Source: a virus
Lineage: Duplodnaviria; Caudoviricetes
Length of the DNA: 52,584 nt
Direction: 5' to 3' (one strand)
Virus record (IMG/VR): IMGVR_UViG_3300006802_016771
Location: 1-52,584 of that record
In this document: positions 8,385 to 18,327 of the stretch, piece by piece
How the letters are laid out: each line of letters starts with the position of its first letter
Numbering within the stretch: position 1 is the stretch's first letter
Notes under the pieces: generated by a model
What the model saw: the letters and a program-made list of their open reading frames with translations, nothing else
What the model was told of the DNA's origin: nothing
Databases searched by the model: none
Made by a program: the position numbers and the translations under genes

Positions 8385-8839
8385 TATATAACCTCCTGTA
8401 TAGCATAATTTAAGATGCAAAGTGCATCCGCTTGATTATCATCCTTGATATTTTGGCATGGATAGATGCTTTTAGCTGCCTCTATCATTTCTTCCTTACT
8501 AGCATTACCTTTTCCCGTGGCATGTTTCTTAATAGTACCAACAGGCACGCCAGTATGAGGGATACCTGCCTCAGCGCAATATGATGCGACATGAGACAAG
8601 TAACCCCCATATGCATGGGCTGCATCTACACCAAGATGCCTCCTGACTTCCTCAATTACGATTACGTCAGGTGTAACAATTTCAGCTAGTTTAGTTAAGA
8701 ATTTCTTGAACTTGAGGAACTGCATACCATGCCCCTCAAACCTCGATAACTTGAAGTCATTTGTCCCAGAGTCAATAACACCACCACACCTCGTTGCCCA
8801 TCCTAGTTTAGTGCCTAAATCTAGGCAAATTAGGTTCAA
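8384..8839 (-). CDS. ruvC: RuvC-like Holliday junction resolvase
   Basis: LDLGTKLGWA, VIEEV, TIKKHATGKGNASKEEM, DDNQADAL. Confidence 0.85.
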   Translation of the reverse strand: MNLICLDLGTKLGWATRCGGVIDSGTNDFKLSRFEGHGMQFLKFKKFLTKLAEIVTPDVIVIEEVRRHLGVDAAHAYGGYLSHVASYCAEAGIPHTGVPVGTIKKHATGKGNASKEEMIEAAKSIYPCQNIKDDNQADALCILNYAIQEVI

Positions 8840-9111
8840 TCTTCTAAATCAGGTGTCATTGCATAGACACGTGATTGAGGTGGCCAAAAGATGCAAGTCT
8901 CAAAATATTCCAATAAATAAAAAGCGAAAGCCATATTGAAATCCTGACCCTCAAAAGTGAATGAAGTCCTAACATCTTTTGGTAGTATTCCTTCTTTTAC
9001 CTTTTTGTCATAAGCCATTCTGAATTTACGAACGCGCTCTGGGTCCCAGTTGTCATTGTCTTTTTTCTCTGCGGTTTCGGTTTTATTATTTGGTTTCTTC
9101 CGTGTTGCCAT
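8836..9111 (-). CDS. hypothetical protein
   Basis: Co-oriented ORF with an SD (GGAGG). Confidence 0.65.
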   Translation of the reverse strand: MATRKKPNNKTETAEKKDNDNWDPERVRKFRMAYDKKVKEGILPKDVRTSFTFEGQDFNMAFAFYLLEYFETCIFWPPQSRVYAMTPDLED

Positions 9112-9391
9112 TTTTATCCTCCTTTTGGGTATTTTTTTCTAGTTCTTTTTCAAGGTTAGCCAATTCTTCTCGGCTTTGCTCGATCATTTGTTCAATCCTT
9201 TCTTTTCTCTTATCTTGGCTTAATAGGTCAAGCACAGTTTTCATATCTTTAGCCTTTTTTTTCTTTTCTATTAAGCCAATTATAAGTGCGGCTATTAGCA
9301 CAAAAACAAAGAATGAAACTATACCAATGCCAATTACAAAAAAACTGACATAAAATAAGTCCAAGAAAGTACCATTAAAATGGAACATCAT
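9086..9391 (-). CDS. small membrane protein with coiled coil
   Basis: Long hydrophobic N-terminal segment followed by KKKK and a charged helix. Confidence 0.65.
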   Translation of the reverse strand: MMFHFNGTFLDLFYVSFFVIGIGIVSFFVFVLIAALIIGLIEKKKKAKDMKTVLDLLSQDKRKERIEQMIEQSREELANLEKELEKNTQKEDKNGNTEETK

Positions 9392-9845
9392 CGCCTCCTT
9401 CCTCTAGAAGACTTTGTTGGCCCTTAGATGCTCCAGTAGGCGCGGAAAGTCTAGCGCTAGGAAGATAAGCACCAACGCGAGTCCTCTTTTTACCATTGTA
9501 CTCTTCCTCCCTAACTTCAACTCTTCCCTCACCACCAACGAGGTATTTCTCAACAAACTCGTTGTTGATTGTAATTCTATCGCCTTTGTTGGGAAGAGCT
9601 TGATTCTTGCTCGCAGCATAGCACTTAAGAACTGTATCAAACTTCCATTGAGCCCTCGGAGTGAAATAAACATCTTCCAACATAGAACTTTCGCAGTCAG
9701 GAAAGTATAAAGTGAGAGTGAGTTTATCAGTCCCAGATGAGGACATCCCGAACTCATAGCCCGTAATCTCCGTATCATATTCACCAGGTGGTATGGGTCT
9801 AGCGGTTGCATTATCCGAATCAGTGTATTCATATTCTATTGACAT
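9375..9845 (-). CDS. DUF669-like single-stranded DNA-binding protein
   Basis: PIPPGEY, EEYNGK and an SSB-type acidic tail DDVPF. Confidence 0.75.
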   Translation of the reverse strand: MSIEYEYTDSDNATARPIPPGEYDTEITGYEFGMSSSGTDKLTLTLYFPDCESSMLEDVYFTPRAQWKFDTVLKCYAASKNQALPNKGDRITINNEFVEKYLVGGEGRVEVREEEYNGKKRTRVGAYLPSARLSAPTGASKGQQSLLEEGGDDVPF

Positions 9846-9848
9846 ATA

Positions 9849-10874
9849 TTACTCCTTTTTTTGTGTTAGTTTTTTATAAGATTTTCCCTGCCTTATTAAG
9901 CTGGGTATTTTTTTCTCAATAAATTCCATGGCTTCATTCCTTGTTGTCATGTTGTTGGATAAACGAACAAGCTCTTGTAGTTTTGTTAATGAAATATTTG
10001 AGTTCATGATAAAGTCGCCTTCGCTTATCATAAGCTTTTGACATATATCACCAATCGGCTCAACCCATCTTTTTCCTTTTATTTCCTTCCATTCAAACCC
10101 AGGAATAGAATCATGATCCTTTGCTATTTCCTCTATGGAATTAACCCACTTTTTCATCATCCTGCTCAAGAAAATTGCCTTGGATAGTTCATCTGGGTTT
10201 TTAGTGATCTCACTAGGGTCGTATGTATCTAGTTTCCAATCATTACTTAAAGCGATAGTGTTAGCTCTATCTTTAATAGCGGGACATATTGCATTCTTTT
10301 TGCACCATCCACAAAATTCATTTGGGTAACACGGGGCATTAGGTTGGCTTGTCCTTGATATGATATCAAGAATTGCTGGTTCTGCTTGCTCCTTTGTTAT
10401 AGTAAAGGTTTGTATTTTCTTATAACGAGAAAATAGCAAATGAACATTAACAACTTTGTAACCTCGCTCACTCATTAAAGCGAGTGCATAGCCTGCCATC
10501 TGATGCCAATATGCGTGCTCCTCTCCTGTTTTTAAATCATATATATTTGGGCCATTGACTATATCACAAGTACCGAAATATAATTCATTGAATGAGCTAT
10601 CATGGTAAGATACTTGAATCTCTGACTCAATAGGCCAAGTAGAGCTGCATAAATCGTTAATTGTTTTATAAGCCCAATCAACCTCGGATATATCCGCTTC
10701 TGATAACTCAAATAAATCAAGAGGGTCTGTTACTCCTTTGCTAAATTTTTTATTTAGTTCATGATGCAAAGCTGTTCCGCGATCAGCCGAAGGAGAGCCG
10801 CCGCCCGCAGACTCAAACTGCGGACAGCGATTTTTCATAGGAAAACTAGATGGGCTATTTCGATGATGCTTCAA
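9849..10874 (-). CDS. Cas4-like PD-(D/E)xK exonuclease (DUF2800-like)
   Basis: SPSS..CP, RGTALH, ESE, GTCD, YDLKTG, QMAGYAL, CGWCKKNAICP. Confidence 0.8.
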   Translation of the reverse strand: MKHHRNSPSSFPMKNRCPQFESAGGGSPSADRGTALHHELNKKFSKGVTDPLDLFELSEADISEVDWAYKTINDLCSSTWPIESEIQVSYHDSSFNELYFGTCDIVNGPNIYDLKTGEEHAYWHQMAGYALALMSERGYKVVNVHLLFSRYKKIQTFTITKEQAEPAILDIISRTSQPNAPCYPNEFCGWCKKNAICPAIKDRANTIALSNDWKLDTYDPSEITKNPDELSKAIFLSRMMKKWVNSIEEIAKDHDSIPGFEWKEIKGKRWVEPIGDICQKLMISEGDFIMNSNISLTKLQELVRLSNNMTTRNEAMEFIEKKIPSLIRQGKSYKKLTQKKE

Positions 10875-11607
10875 TTTTAAGCCCTTCTATGAATACATCC
10901 CAGTTCTCAATAACGCGAGATATGTTTTCATCACTTAGGTCAGTCATTGATTTAACTTTGAACCTTTTCAAGATTTTTGACTCCGCCTCTCTTCTGCTAT
11001 TAGGATCAAGAGATTCAAGTCTCCTTCCCAAGACCTTGATTCCATTAATTTCACCAGGACTAACCATAACAGTTGGCTGTGGTGCATCATCTAACTCATG
11101 TGGGTCATAAATACCAGCAGCGATTTCAGGCACATGCATTCTGAGGGCTTTAGTAATACAACGCGCTCTTAGCATTTCAGGAAGATGCATTTTCCAGTTT
11201 GGTTTTGATGATAGACCCTTTTGTTTCGCCTCCTCTAAGGTGAAGCTAACGGGTTTCTTTTGTGACCCCTTATATATTAATGTTAAAGTAGCCGCTTTAC
11301 CGTCTTCGCCATCATCAACCCAATCAAAATCCCCACCGTACTTGGAGCGAAACTCTGCGAGCATCACAGAAGCCTTTTTCGTGGGGCGACCATGTATAAT
11401 ATCATAAGTGCGTGAGAACTCAATAGGTGTAATTTTTTCAGCCAAGCAAGTAAACGCTACGATTACTCCTTGCTCCACCTTTTCACATCCAGCGAATCCG
11501 CTTTTAGTGATAGCTTCACCTAGGGCTTGAATTGCAGACATTTGGTTTTCTAAGTTTGTGAAAACGGGCGCTGCTGAATCCCTTATCTCTATCTGAGACT
11601 GTTCCAT
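10855..11607 (-). CDS. RecT/Redbeta-like single-strand annealing protein
   Basis: IIHGRPT, FTLEEAKQKGL..NWKMHLPEMLRARCITKALR..GIYDPHEL; AGGAGG before the ATG at 11607; adjacent to the exonuclease. Confidence 0.7.
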   Translation of the reverse strand: MEQSQIEIRDSAAPVFTNLENQMSAIQALGEAITKSGFAGCEKVEQGVIVAFTCLAEKITPIEFSRTYDIIHGRPTKKASVMLAEFRSKYGGDFDWVDDGEDGKAATLTLIYKGSQKKPVSFTLEEAKQKGLSSKPNWKMHLPEMLRARCITKALRMHVPEIAAGIYDPHELDDAPQPTVMVSPGEINGIKVLGRRLESLDPNSRREAESKILKRFKVKSMTDLSDENISRVIENWDVFIEGLKIEASSK

Positions 11608-11689
11608 ATATACCTCCTTGTTTAATGTTGAGGTTGTACTAAAAAAGCAAGGTGAAGACCCTGTCAAACTTTTTTCAAAAAAAAAATAC

Positions 11690-12364
11690 TTATTGGTATT
11701 TGTATCTCCCAAGTTTGATTATTTCACCGAATACCGCAGCTACAAAATCCTTAGTCGCATCATTGTAGTACTCTTGATACTCCCTCCTCTTGGTGCTATT
11801 TAGATGTGGCAAATCAATAGCATCCATGTCAATATGCGGGGCAATACGCCAGAAGATGAACTTTAATTCCTGCCTCATATCCTCCATCTTCCCAAGATGG
11901 TTTACTCCTAATTTATCTCCAGAAAAAACCCTATTATGCAGATATAATTGCACCCCCTCAGCATACTTGATGCACCAATCATTAAAGTCACCATCAAGGG
12001 CTTCTTTTACTTTTTGCTTTTCAATAGCAGGTAAGTTTACCCCCTTAATCATATATTGCCGATAGTACTCATAACTAGAAACCATTAAGTCCCATGGATT
12101 CCTAATGAATGCGAACTTGAAATATTCCTTATGGTCTTCTCCGTGCTTCTTTAGGTAACTACCCACTTCATCTATGCTTGCGTGTATATAAAGATCGGTG
12201 GTGACCTTAGGGTATTTACTTTTATTCAACTTATAGAAGCCATCCCAAAAACCACACAATGTATACTTGAACTCATCGTAATTGCACAGGAACTTAACGA
12301 TAGATGTCCCTCCCGTCTTTGGCACATGGATGAATATGTATTTCAACTCATTTGATATTATCAT
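11690..12364 (-). CDS. sulfotransferase (Sulfotransfer_2-like)
   Basis: 5'-PSB FIHVPKTGGTS and 3'-PB FIRNPWDLMVSSY. Confidence 0.85.
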   Translation of the reverse strand: MIISNELKYIFIHVPKTGGTSIVKFLCNYDEFKYTLCGFWDGFYKLNKSKYPKVTTDLYIHASIDEVGSYLKKHGEDHKEYFKFAFIRNPWDLMVSSYEYYRQYMIKGVNLPAIEKQKVKEALDGDFNDWCIKYAEGVQLYLHNRVFSGDKLGVNHLGKMEDMRQELKFIFWRIAPHIDMDAIDLPHLNSTKRREYQEYYNDATKDFVAAVFGEIIKLGRYKYQ

Positions 12365-15116
12365 GTAATTTATTCAAGTTATGGCGTTCTCGAAATTCTT
12401 TTTGGTTTGCATGTAAAGATGCAGTAATATCCTTTTCCTTGTAAAACTTTGTTCGCTCGAAATCTAAGTGAGGTATATGAAATATCGGTGCATAATTAGT
12501 TCTAAAGTTGACCATCATCCTGCTTAATCCACATTTGTCCCGCAGCCTGATGTATAAATCGCAGTCGTCCCAGCCATATCCGTGCTTATTTCCATCATAA
12601 TTACCTGCTTGCTCCAAGTGTTTCCTCTTGCATATGAGCAACCCATTAAGATACTCCAAGAACCCCATAGAGTTGTCTTTTTCTTTATGCTCCCAATTTC
12701 CTGTCACAAAAGCATTATCTAAATTGAAACTCATCCACTCGTTGATCTGGAAGTATGGGTTAATAAAATAATCCACATCAAGTTTTAATATATTATCATA
12801 TTCAGCATTCTCTAGAGCAATATTGTATGCCTTGGAGAGATTAAAGTATTCACTCTCAACCCGTATTACCTTTACTCTTTGATCTAGCTCTTTCATGTAT
12901 TTTTCGTCAAAATCATCTGAGCCATAATCAACAACAACGACCTCTTTTACCTCCTCCTGTATTAGCCAAGAATTTATTGATGACTTGAGAATATTAAATC
13001 TATTTTTCGTAACAGTTACAACCGAGTACGGTCTTTTAACTTTTGTTAATTCATGATAGCGCAAGTTTTCGTCGCTAAGTTCCACTCTATCCCTATAACC
13101 TATAATTGAAGCCACCTGGTTGAATGTGCTCCAATTAGTTCCATAGATTTTATTCGTTTTAGAGAGTAAAATCATATCAATAAGAGCTTCCGCTTGAAAC
13201 TCTTTGTTATTCGATTCCTTTAGGCCACTATCAACAAACCTCTTTTCACTGCATAGTATTTTATCTCCATATAAATCCTTGAAGTACTTTTCTTGGGTCT
13301 CGCTATCGGTGGTCAAAAATATTTTCTCATTGGAATTAATAATAGCCTCATAATGATCTAGTTTTGATTTTTTATAATTGTCCTGCCATGGACTAATTAA
13401 CGCATCGCCTGCTCTTATGTGCAATCCTACATGACCATCAATTTTATACTTATCTATTTCTAATTGTATTTTTTCTGAAGGCTTTACATGATTTCGTAAA
13501 AACTCGAATCTGTGTTTCAAATTTAAAATAGGAAACAACCAATCAATAGATACGAAAGACTCCAATGTGAAGCTTTCATTTTTTATCTTATGTAAGATAA
13601 TTTTCCTATCTACATTGAAAACGTAATTCAATTTATCGTTTTGATGAAAATACTCATCTAACTTTAAGTACCTAGACCTTGCATTAACATACTCTTCATG
13701 CGTGCATAAAGAAAACTTTGGAGATAATGAACAGAGATAAGGCCAATCAAGAAGGTCTTCAAATTTCTCATCCGAAAAGCCTTTTGTTTTGTGCCAATAA
13801 ATCTTTATAGAGGAAAATCCATGCTCCTTGGCGTGTGCATAAATTGAATCTACTTGTAATAATCTATTGCCAAGACCTTGTTGAGGCATGATATAAATTG
13901 ACTTTTCGTCATCATCATCACTCATATATAAATCATCTTCATACTTCTTATGTAGTATTAAACCTTTGGGAAACTTTTCCCTGAAGTACTCCAAACTCTT
14001 TCCCTTATCAGCATCGGAGGATGCATTTATAATGTACTCTGAATCCAAAAAGTGACCACTGGGGTCATCAGGGTTAGAGAATTTTTCCTGCCCTATCTTT
14101 GTTTGCCTTAATAGGTGCATTCCTAAATCATAGGAGATGCAAAATGAGTGCTTAAGCGACATAATGTGAATAGTTGCGTCGCTATGGAAGTGGCTCTTAT
14201 TTGTTTTGATTTTCTCGCGTATGAGGTTTTCCGTGTGCTCCATGAGAAACCCCAGGTGCTTGTTGTTAGCGAAAATACCAACGCCATTTAAGTGACCAGT
14301 CCAGTCTTGATATGTTGGATTTTCCTGATCTCCTTTATATGTACTACCAAGAATCAGAAAATCTTTCGTGTTAAATGCCTCTTGTAGCCTCGGGAACCAG
14401 TCATCTACCATTGGCTGGGTGTCGGTTTCTAGAACAAGAAAGCCATCGGCTTTTTCTTTAACGAGGTGTTTAAATGCACCAAAGAAAAGGTTGTTTGGGC
14501 CAGACGACCCCCCAAGTGGGGGGATATCCTTGAGTTTCATTGAACTCAATTCTTGCGGCGTCCTCTTGTAAATATTATCAAAATCAGATATTCCGATTAC
14601 AGTGTGTATAATATTTAGTGATTTATGTGGCTGGATAACAACATCCTTATCAGTGAATACCCTTATAGTGTATGCATTATCATCCTTAAAGTAATGATTC
14701 AAGCATCTCGCAAATTCCCCCCGCTCAACCTCGGCTTTTGTTGTAACAAAAACTATATCTAGCTTTTTTTCTACATATGGTTTTCGCAATTCTGCATTTA
14801 CCCTAGTCCAGGCTGTTTTGTCATACCTATGAGCACTATGCACATCAAAGTGGAAAGACTTAAAAGCCTCTATATAATATTGCAGAGGTTTTTTTACTTG
14901 TTTAGCCTGCCCTACCTCTCCCCTTCCTATATTGAAATTTATTAATAATTTCCCCCCAGGTTTCAAGACCCTATAAGCTTCTTCTATAATTGCAGTGTCA
15001 ATTTCATTGTGTGTAAAAAAATTATAAATTTTTATGCTATCAAGTGAGTTACTTTCTAGCTTATGAATAGAGTATGGGTCTGTATTATCAAGGTCTGTAT
15101 TATTTACTGAACTCAT
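12348..15116 (-). CDS. multidomain glyco-enzyme: MTase-like fragment, GT-A-like domain, fucosyltransferase/NodZ-like domain, GT2/GT7-like domain
   Basis: EAYRVLKPGG; LETD..HLNGVG; QGLGNRL..GLHIRAGD..FLTTDS..DMILLS; VVVDYGS..KLDVD..GYGWDDCDLY. Confidence 0.75.
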   Translation of the reverse strand: MSSVNNTDLDNTDPYSIHKLESNSLDSIKIYNFFTHNEIDTAIIEEAYRVLKPGGKLLINFNIGRGEVGQAKQVKKPLQYYIEAFKSFHFDVHSAHRYDKTAWTRVNAELRKPYVEKKLDIVFVTTKAEVERGEFARCLNHYFKDDNAYTIRVFTDKDVVIQPHKSLNIIHTVIGISDFDNIYKRTPQELSSMKLKDIPPLGGSSGPNNLFFGAFKHLVKEKADGFLVLETDTQPMVDDWFPRLQEAFNTKDFLILGSTYKGDQENPTYQDWTGHLNGVGIFANNKHLGFLMEHTENLIREKIKTNKSHFHSDATIHIMSLKHSFCISYDLGMHLLRQTKIGQEKFSNPDDPSGHFLDSEYIINASSDADKGKSLEYFREKFPKGLILHKKYEDDLYMSDDDDEKSIYIMPQQGLGNRLLQVDSIYAHAKEHGFSSIKIYWHKTKGFSDEKFEDLLDWPYLCSLSPKFSLCTHEEYVNARSRYLKLDEYFHQNDKLNYVFNVDRKIILHKIKNESFTLESFVSIDWLFPILNLKHRFEFLRNHVKPSEKIQLEIDKYKIDGHVGLHIRAGDALISPWQDNYKKSKLDHYEAIINSNEKIFLTTDSETQEKYFKDLYGDKILCSEKRFVDSGLKESNNKEFQAEALIDMILLSKTNKIYGTNWSTFNQVASIIGYRDRVELSDENLRYHELTKVKRPYSVVTVTKNRFNILKSSINSWLIQEEVKEVVVVDYGSDDFDEKYMKELDQRVKVIRVESEYFNLSKAYNIALENAEYDNILKLDVDYFINPYFQINEWMSFNLDNAFVTGNWEHKEKDNSMGFLEYLNGLLICKRKHLEQAGNYDGNKHGYGWDDCDLYIRLRDKCGLSRMMVNFRTNYAPIFHIPHLDFERTKFYKEKDITASLHANQKEFRERHNLNKLHDNIK

Positions 15117-15780
15117 ATTTACCGAATTTTATATCATCTTTGAATAATTCACTTATTCTATTTATCAAGATTTCATCATTTTGATAATATTTCTCGTAAT
15201 CAAACTCAGTGGTTTTATTAACCCAGGGCATTTCTTGTATATTTAATCGCGAACAGAGTTCTGGCATTTCGTCTTCTAGCTTATAAAAATCACCAACTAT
15301 TGTACCATTGACACTAAGCCATGAAATCTGTTGATCGCTCTGACTCCATGCCCGACCCGTTGAATCTGAGTATTCTATTTCCTCTGCGTGACCATCAACG
15401 AAGAAACCCCCTGGCATCCATGAGTTCCGAAAGCCTTCGTAGGATAATCTTGGGTGATCCTCTTGCGCCCAACCTTGATCACTCATTCGGTGGGCAAGTT
15501 TTAAATTATACAAATATATAGAAACACACCTAGCCCATGGATTCCTAATTATAGCAATTGGTCTTAACCCCTTCGGTATCTCATCCCTCCAGTAGTGCCA
15601 CTTATTGTGCCTAACATCAGACTTTGACTGAATCCTGGTGACATGATTTTCTTGTGGGAAGATATTACCTAAATTCGATAAAGCCTTATTTCTTCCATAA
15701 AATGATGCATTATTAACAGAACTACCCGCATTTTTGGGGATGTGTATAAAGCACCAGCCATCAAACTCATTATAAATCAT
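15100..15780 (-). CDS. sulfotransferase
   Basis: FIHIPKNAGSS and IRNPWARCVSIY. Confidence 0.85.
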   Translation of the reverse strand: MIYNEFDGWCFIHIPKNAGSSVNNASFYGRNKALSNLGNIFPQENHVTRIQSKSDVRHNKWHYWRDEIPKGLRPIAIIRNPWARCVSIYLYNLKLAHRMSDQGWAQEDHPRLSYEGFRNSWMPGGFFVDGHAEEIEYSDSTGRAWSQSDQQISWLSVNGTIVGDFYKLEDEMPELCSRLNIQEMPWVNKTTEFDYEKYYQNDEILINRISELFKDDIKFGKYEFSK

Positions 15781-17419
15781 TAATGAACTCCCTTAAATCA
15801 TCAGGTATATAATTTATTAAAAATGAATACAGAGCGTTATAACCTTTCTGTAAACCCTTATCTGCTTTCACATAAGATTCTTTGAAGGTATGAAAATGGA
15901 ATGATTTAGACTTAGACCATTTAGTGTAATCACTACTTAATACTAAATTTGAATCATCCCAAGTTTTACGAAACCTTGAAAACCCAACATTGTGCGTTTC
16001 ATCAAACTCACCGACGGTAAAATAGTTTTTAAACTTCTCCATCCCTTTTTGCTCATAAAATGAAGATTCATTTAAATAAATATCCTTCCATCTTTTAGGA
16101 ACATCTTTATTAGAGACCCATATATATCCCGCATTGAATTTTCCATATTGTTCATCAAGTTCTTTACCTGCTCCCATTTCATGAAAATGCGGAGACAGCA
16201 TAATGTCTTTATTTAATAAATCATCATGTAGTGTGCTAGTTATTATGATGTCTGAATCAAGGAAGAATGTCCTCCTTGCGGATTCCATTGCCCACTCTAT
16301 GCAATCCATTTTTTTGTAAATTATTTTTGGATTATGAAAATTATTATGCAGTTTTACTTTACCCGTATCTACTTCTTTTAATTTACTTTCATCCAACTCA
16401 TTCCTAAAGTGTACATCATTAAATGAAAATTTCCTCAAATATGAACTTGTCGCTTTATCTGATAAAACATAAACAGGGCATTTATAGAGTCGTCTTATTG
16501 ATTTCAACAAAACTGCTGCCTCTTTCTTGTTTTCTTTGGTAGCCACAAAACTAAATGATCCAACTTCAAGGCCCTGGTTTATATAAAAAGTATTAGTGGA
16601 TTCGCCAGCAGCGTAATCCACTATATCATTGGGTATGTTTTGCTTAACCCAATCATTAAATAAATTTTGCCTAGTTATTATTGTATTATTTCTATAACCA
16701 AAATTTATCAATCTAGCGTGAATGGAATAGATATACTTCCAGTTATAACTCGGTGGATTAAAGGTTATTCTTTGCTCTCCATTCAAATATTTCTGGGGAT
16801 AGGAACCTCTCCAAAATCCAAAATTATGACCCCGACTAAAGTGAAAAACATCAAAATATTCAGACAACCAAATCAATCCTTGTTGTTCATAGAACTCGCT
16901 TTTGTATAAAAAAATCTCTCTCCATATATCAGCAACCTCAACTTTATTCGCATAAAGGTATCCAGCATTATACACCCCATATAACCCAGATTGTAGTTGC
17001 CTATCCCACCCATAATAGTGAGGAGATAAATAGACGTCCGCACCCTTGAAAATTGCTTTATCAACCCTATCTACTATTATTACATCAGAATCTATAAATA
17101 ACGTATTGCCAGCTTCCCTTATAGCCCATGCAAGCGTGTCCATTTTTGTGGCAATAACCTCCATTCTATGATGAGATGCCACATGATTAGGGTGTTCTTT
17201 TTTTATGCTTTCGCGATAAAGTTGCAGGATTTCATTGGTTGCTAAGTTTTTAGTGAAAACATACTTGAACGGCAATTTCTTTATGTAATCCGCTGTTTGC
17301 TGATCACACCCTATGTAAATCGGTAAATCCTTATATATTCTTCGTATTGCATAAATGCATAAACCAGCCTCTTTCCGTATACCCGCAGTGCATACCAAGG
17401 AAAATGAATTCATTTCCAA
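15770..17419 (-). CDS. glycosyltransferase with two tandem homologous GT-A domains
   Basis: Both halves have SFS.V.T..KEA, KMD..WA, F[IL]DSD, LSPH, NAGY, FYEQ and HN.GF. Confidence 0.8.
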   Translation of the reverse strand: MEMNSFSLVCTAGIRKEAGLCIYAIRRIYKDLPIYIGCDQQTADYIKKLPFKYVFTKNLATNEILQLYRESIKKEHPNHVASHHRMEVIATKMDTLAWAIREAGNTLFIDSDVIIVDRVDKAIFKGADVYLSPHYYGWDRQLQSGLYGVYNAGYLYANKVEVADIWREIFLYKSEFYEQQGLIWLSEYFDVFHFSRGHNFGFWRGSYPQKYLNGEQRITFNPPSYNWKYIYSIHARLINFGYRNNTIITRQNLFNDWVKQNIPNDIVDYAAGESTNTFYINQGLEVGSFSFVATKENKKEAAVLLKSIRRLYKCPVYVLSDKATSSYLRKFSFNDVHFRNELDESKLKEVDTGKVKLHNNFHNPKIIYKKMDCIEWAMESARRTFFLDSDIIITSTLHDDLLNKDIMLSPHFHEMGAGKELDEQYGKFNAGYIWVSNKDVPKRWKDIYLNESSFYEQKGMEKFKNYFTVGEFDETHNVGFSRFRKTWDDSNLVLSSDYTKWSKSKSFHFHTFKESYVKADKGLQKGYNALYSFLINYIPDDLREFINDL

Positions 17420-18027
17420 CGAGGCCCAATGACCCAGCCTACTAATGATCTCCTGATTCCCTTGGATATAGGATTGACCCTATGACGCATTCTGCTGTCA
17501 AATATAGTAAGGTTGCCTTGACCCTTCTCCATTTCGTGTAAATTGCCTTGGTTGTCTTCAATTTCTAGCTCACCGCCCTTGTAATCGTTTGCGCCATTTA
17601 GTTGCAATGAAAATGACAATTTACGGACATGCTCGCCCATTAGCATAACCTTATCCTCGGCTGAACTGGTTTCTGATGAGGGAATAATTTTACACTCGTA
17701 AGCAGTATCTATATCCTGATCTCTATGCCATGAGTAAAATTGATCCTTTCCATAAATGGTATATTGCAAAGAGCCATCATCATAGTCCGTTATGTCATAA
17801 CGGAAGTTGTTATTATTTGCTTGCTGAATATAGTACCAAATAAACCCTCCCAACCAATTTGATGCATCTAGGAAGAAAACTTTACTATCACGAATAGTTT
17901 TATTTAAATCATCCCCATCTATTAATCCATCAACAGCTTCATTCTCGAAGGTTACTAGTTGATTAAGGGCTTCATTTATCATTATTTTAGGTAATTTAGT
18001 TTGAAACCAATATATAGTGTTTGCCAT
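17410..18027 (-). CDS. 2OG-Fe(II) oxygenase (prolyl-4-hydroxylase-like)
   Basis: WHRD, RKLSFSLQL, YKGGELE, FDSRMRHRV, RRSLVGW. Confidence 0.9.
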   Translation of the reverse strand: MANTIYWFQTKLPKIMINEALNQLVTFENEAVDGLIDGDDLNKTIRDSKVFFLDASNWLGGFIWYYIQQANNNNFRYDITDYDDGSLQYTIYGKDQFYSWHRDQDIDTAYECKIIPSSETSSAEDKVMLMGEHVRKLSFSLQLNGANDYKGGELEIEDNQGNLHEMEKGQGNLTIFDSRMRHRVNPISKGIRRSLVGWVIGPRWK

Positions 18028-18030
18028 GTT

Positions 18031-18327
18031 TTACTCCTTTAATTTATACCAAGTTCTTTTTTTATACTTACCACATTTAGCAAGGTAGGAGCCATCATGG
18101 CGAATAGCTTTTCCTGAGTCAAGAAGACTTCTCATCATTTTTAGAGACTTAACTTCTCCAACGCCCCACATTTCCCTAACTTCCACCAAGGTGTACCAAC
18201 CTTCTGGGTAACCAGGTGGAACATCGCCTAGCCCTAATGCTTCAGCTAGGGCTGCCGACCATAAATCTTTATCTCGCTTGCCAGAGCCCACCCCTTTAGA
18301 CCTTTTTTTGCCTGAAATACTTCCCAT
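18031..18327 (-). CDS. small hypothetical protein (possible winged helix; start uncertain)
   Basis: Co-oriented ORF filling the gap; PEGWYTLVEVREMWGV. Confidence 0.55.
   Translation of the reverse strand: MGSISGKKRSKGVGSGKRDKDLWSAALAEALGLGDVPPGYPEGWYTLVEVREMWGVGEVKSLKMMRSLLDSGKAIRHDGSYLAKCGKYKKRTWYKLKE

Noticed and set aside
9404-9832. Same-strand alternative ORF of 142 aa inside the DUF669-like gene
   Set aside because: No motif, repeat or SD support, unlike the MTase overlap; this length is achievable by chance
11620-11670. TTGACA upstream of the RecT-like gene as an early promoter
   Set aside because: The location is plausible, but no convincing -10 lies at 16-18 nt, so it was not called
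17410-18027. 2OG oxygenase as a TET/JBP partner of the C5 MTase (DNA hypermodification)
   Set aside because: Motifs match the P4H-like group, and the gene lies 12 kb from the MTase in the late region
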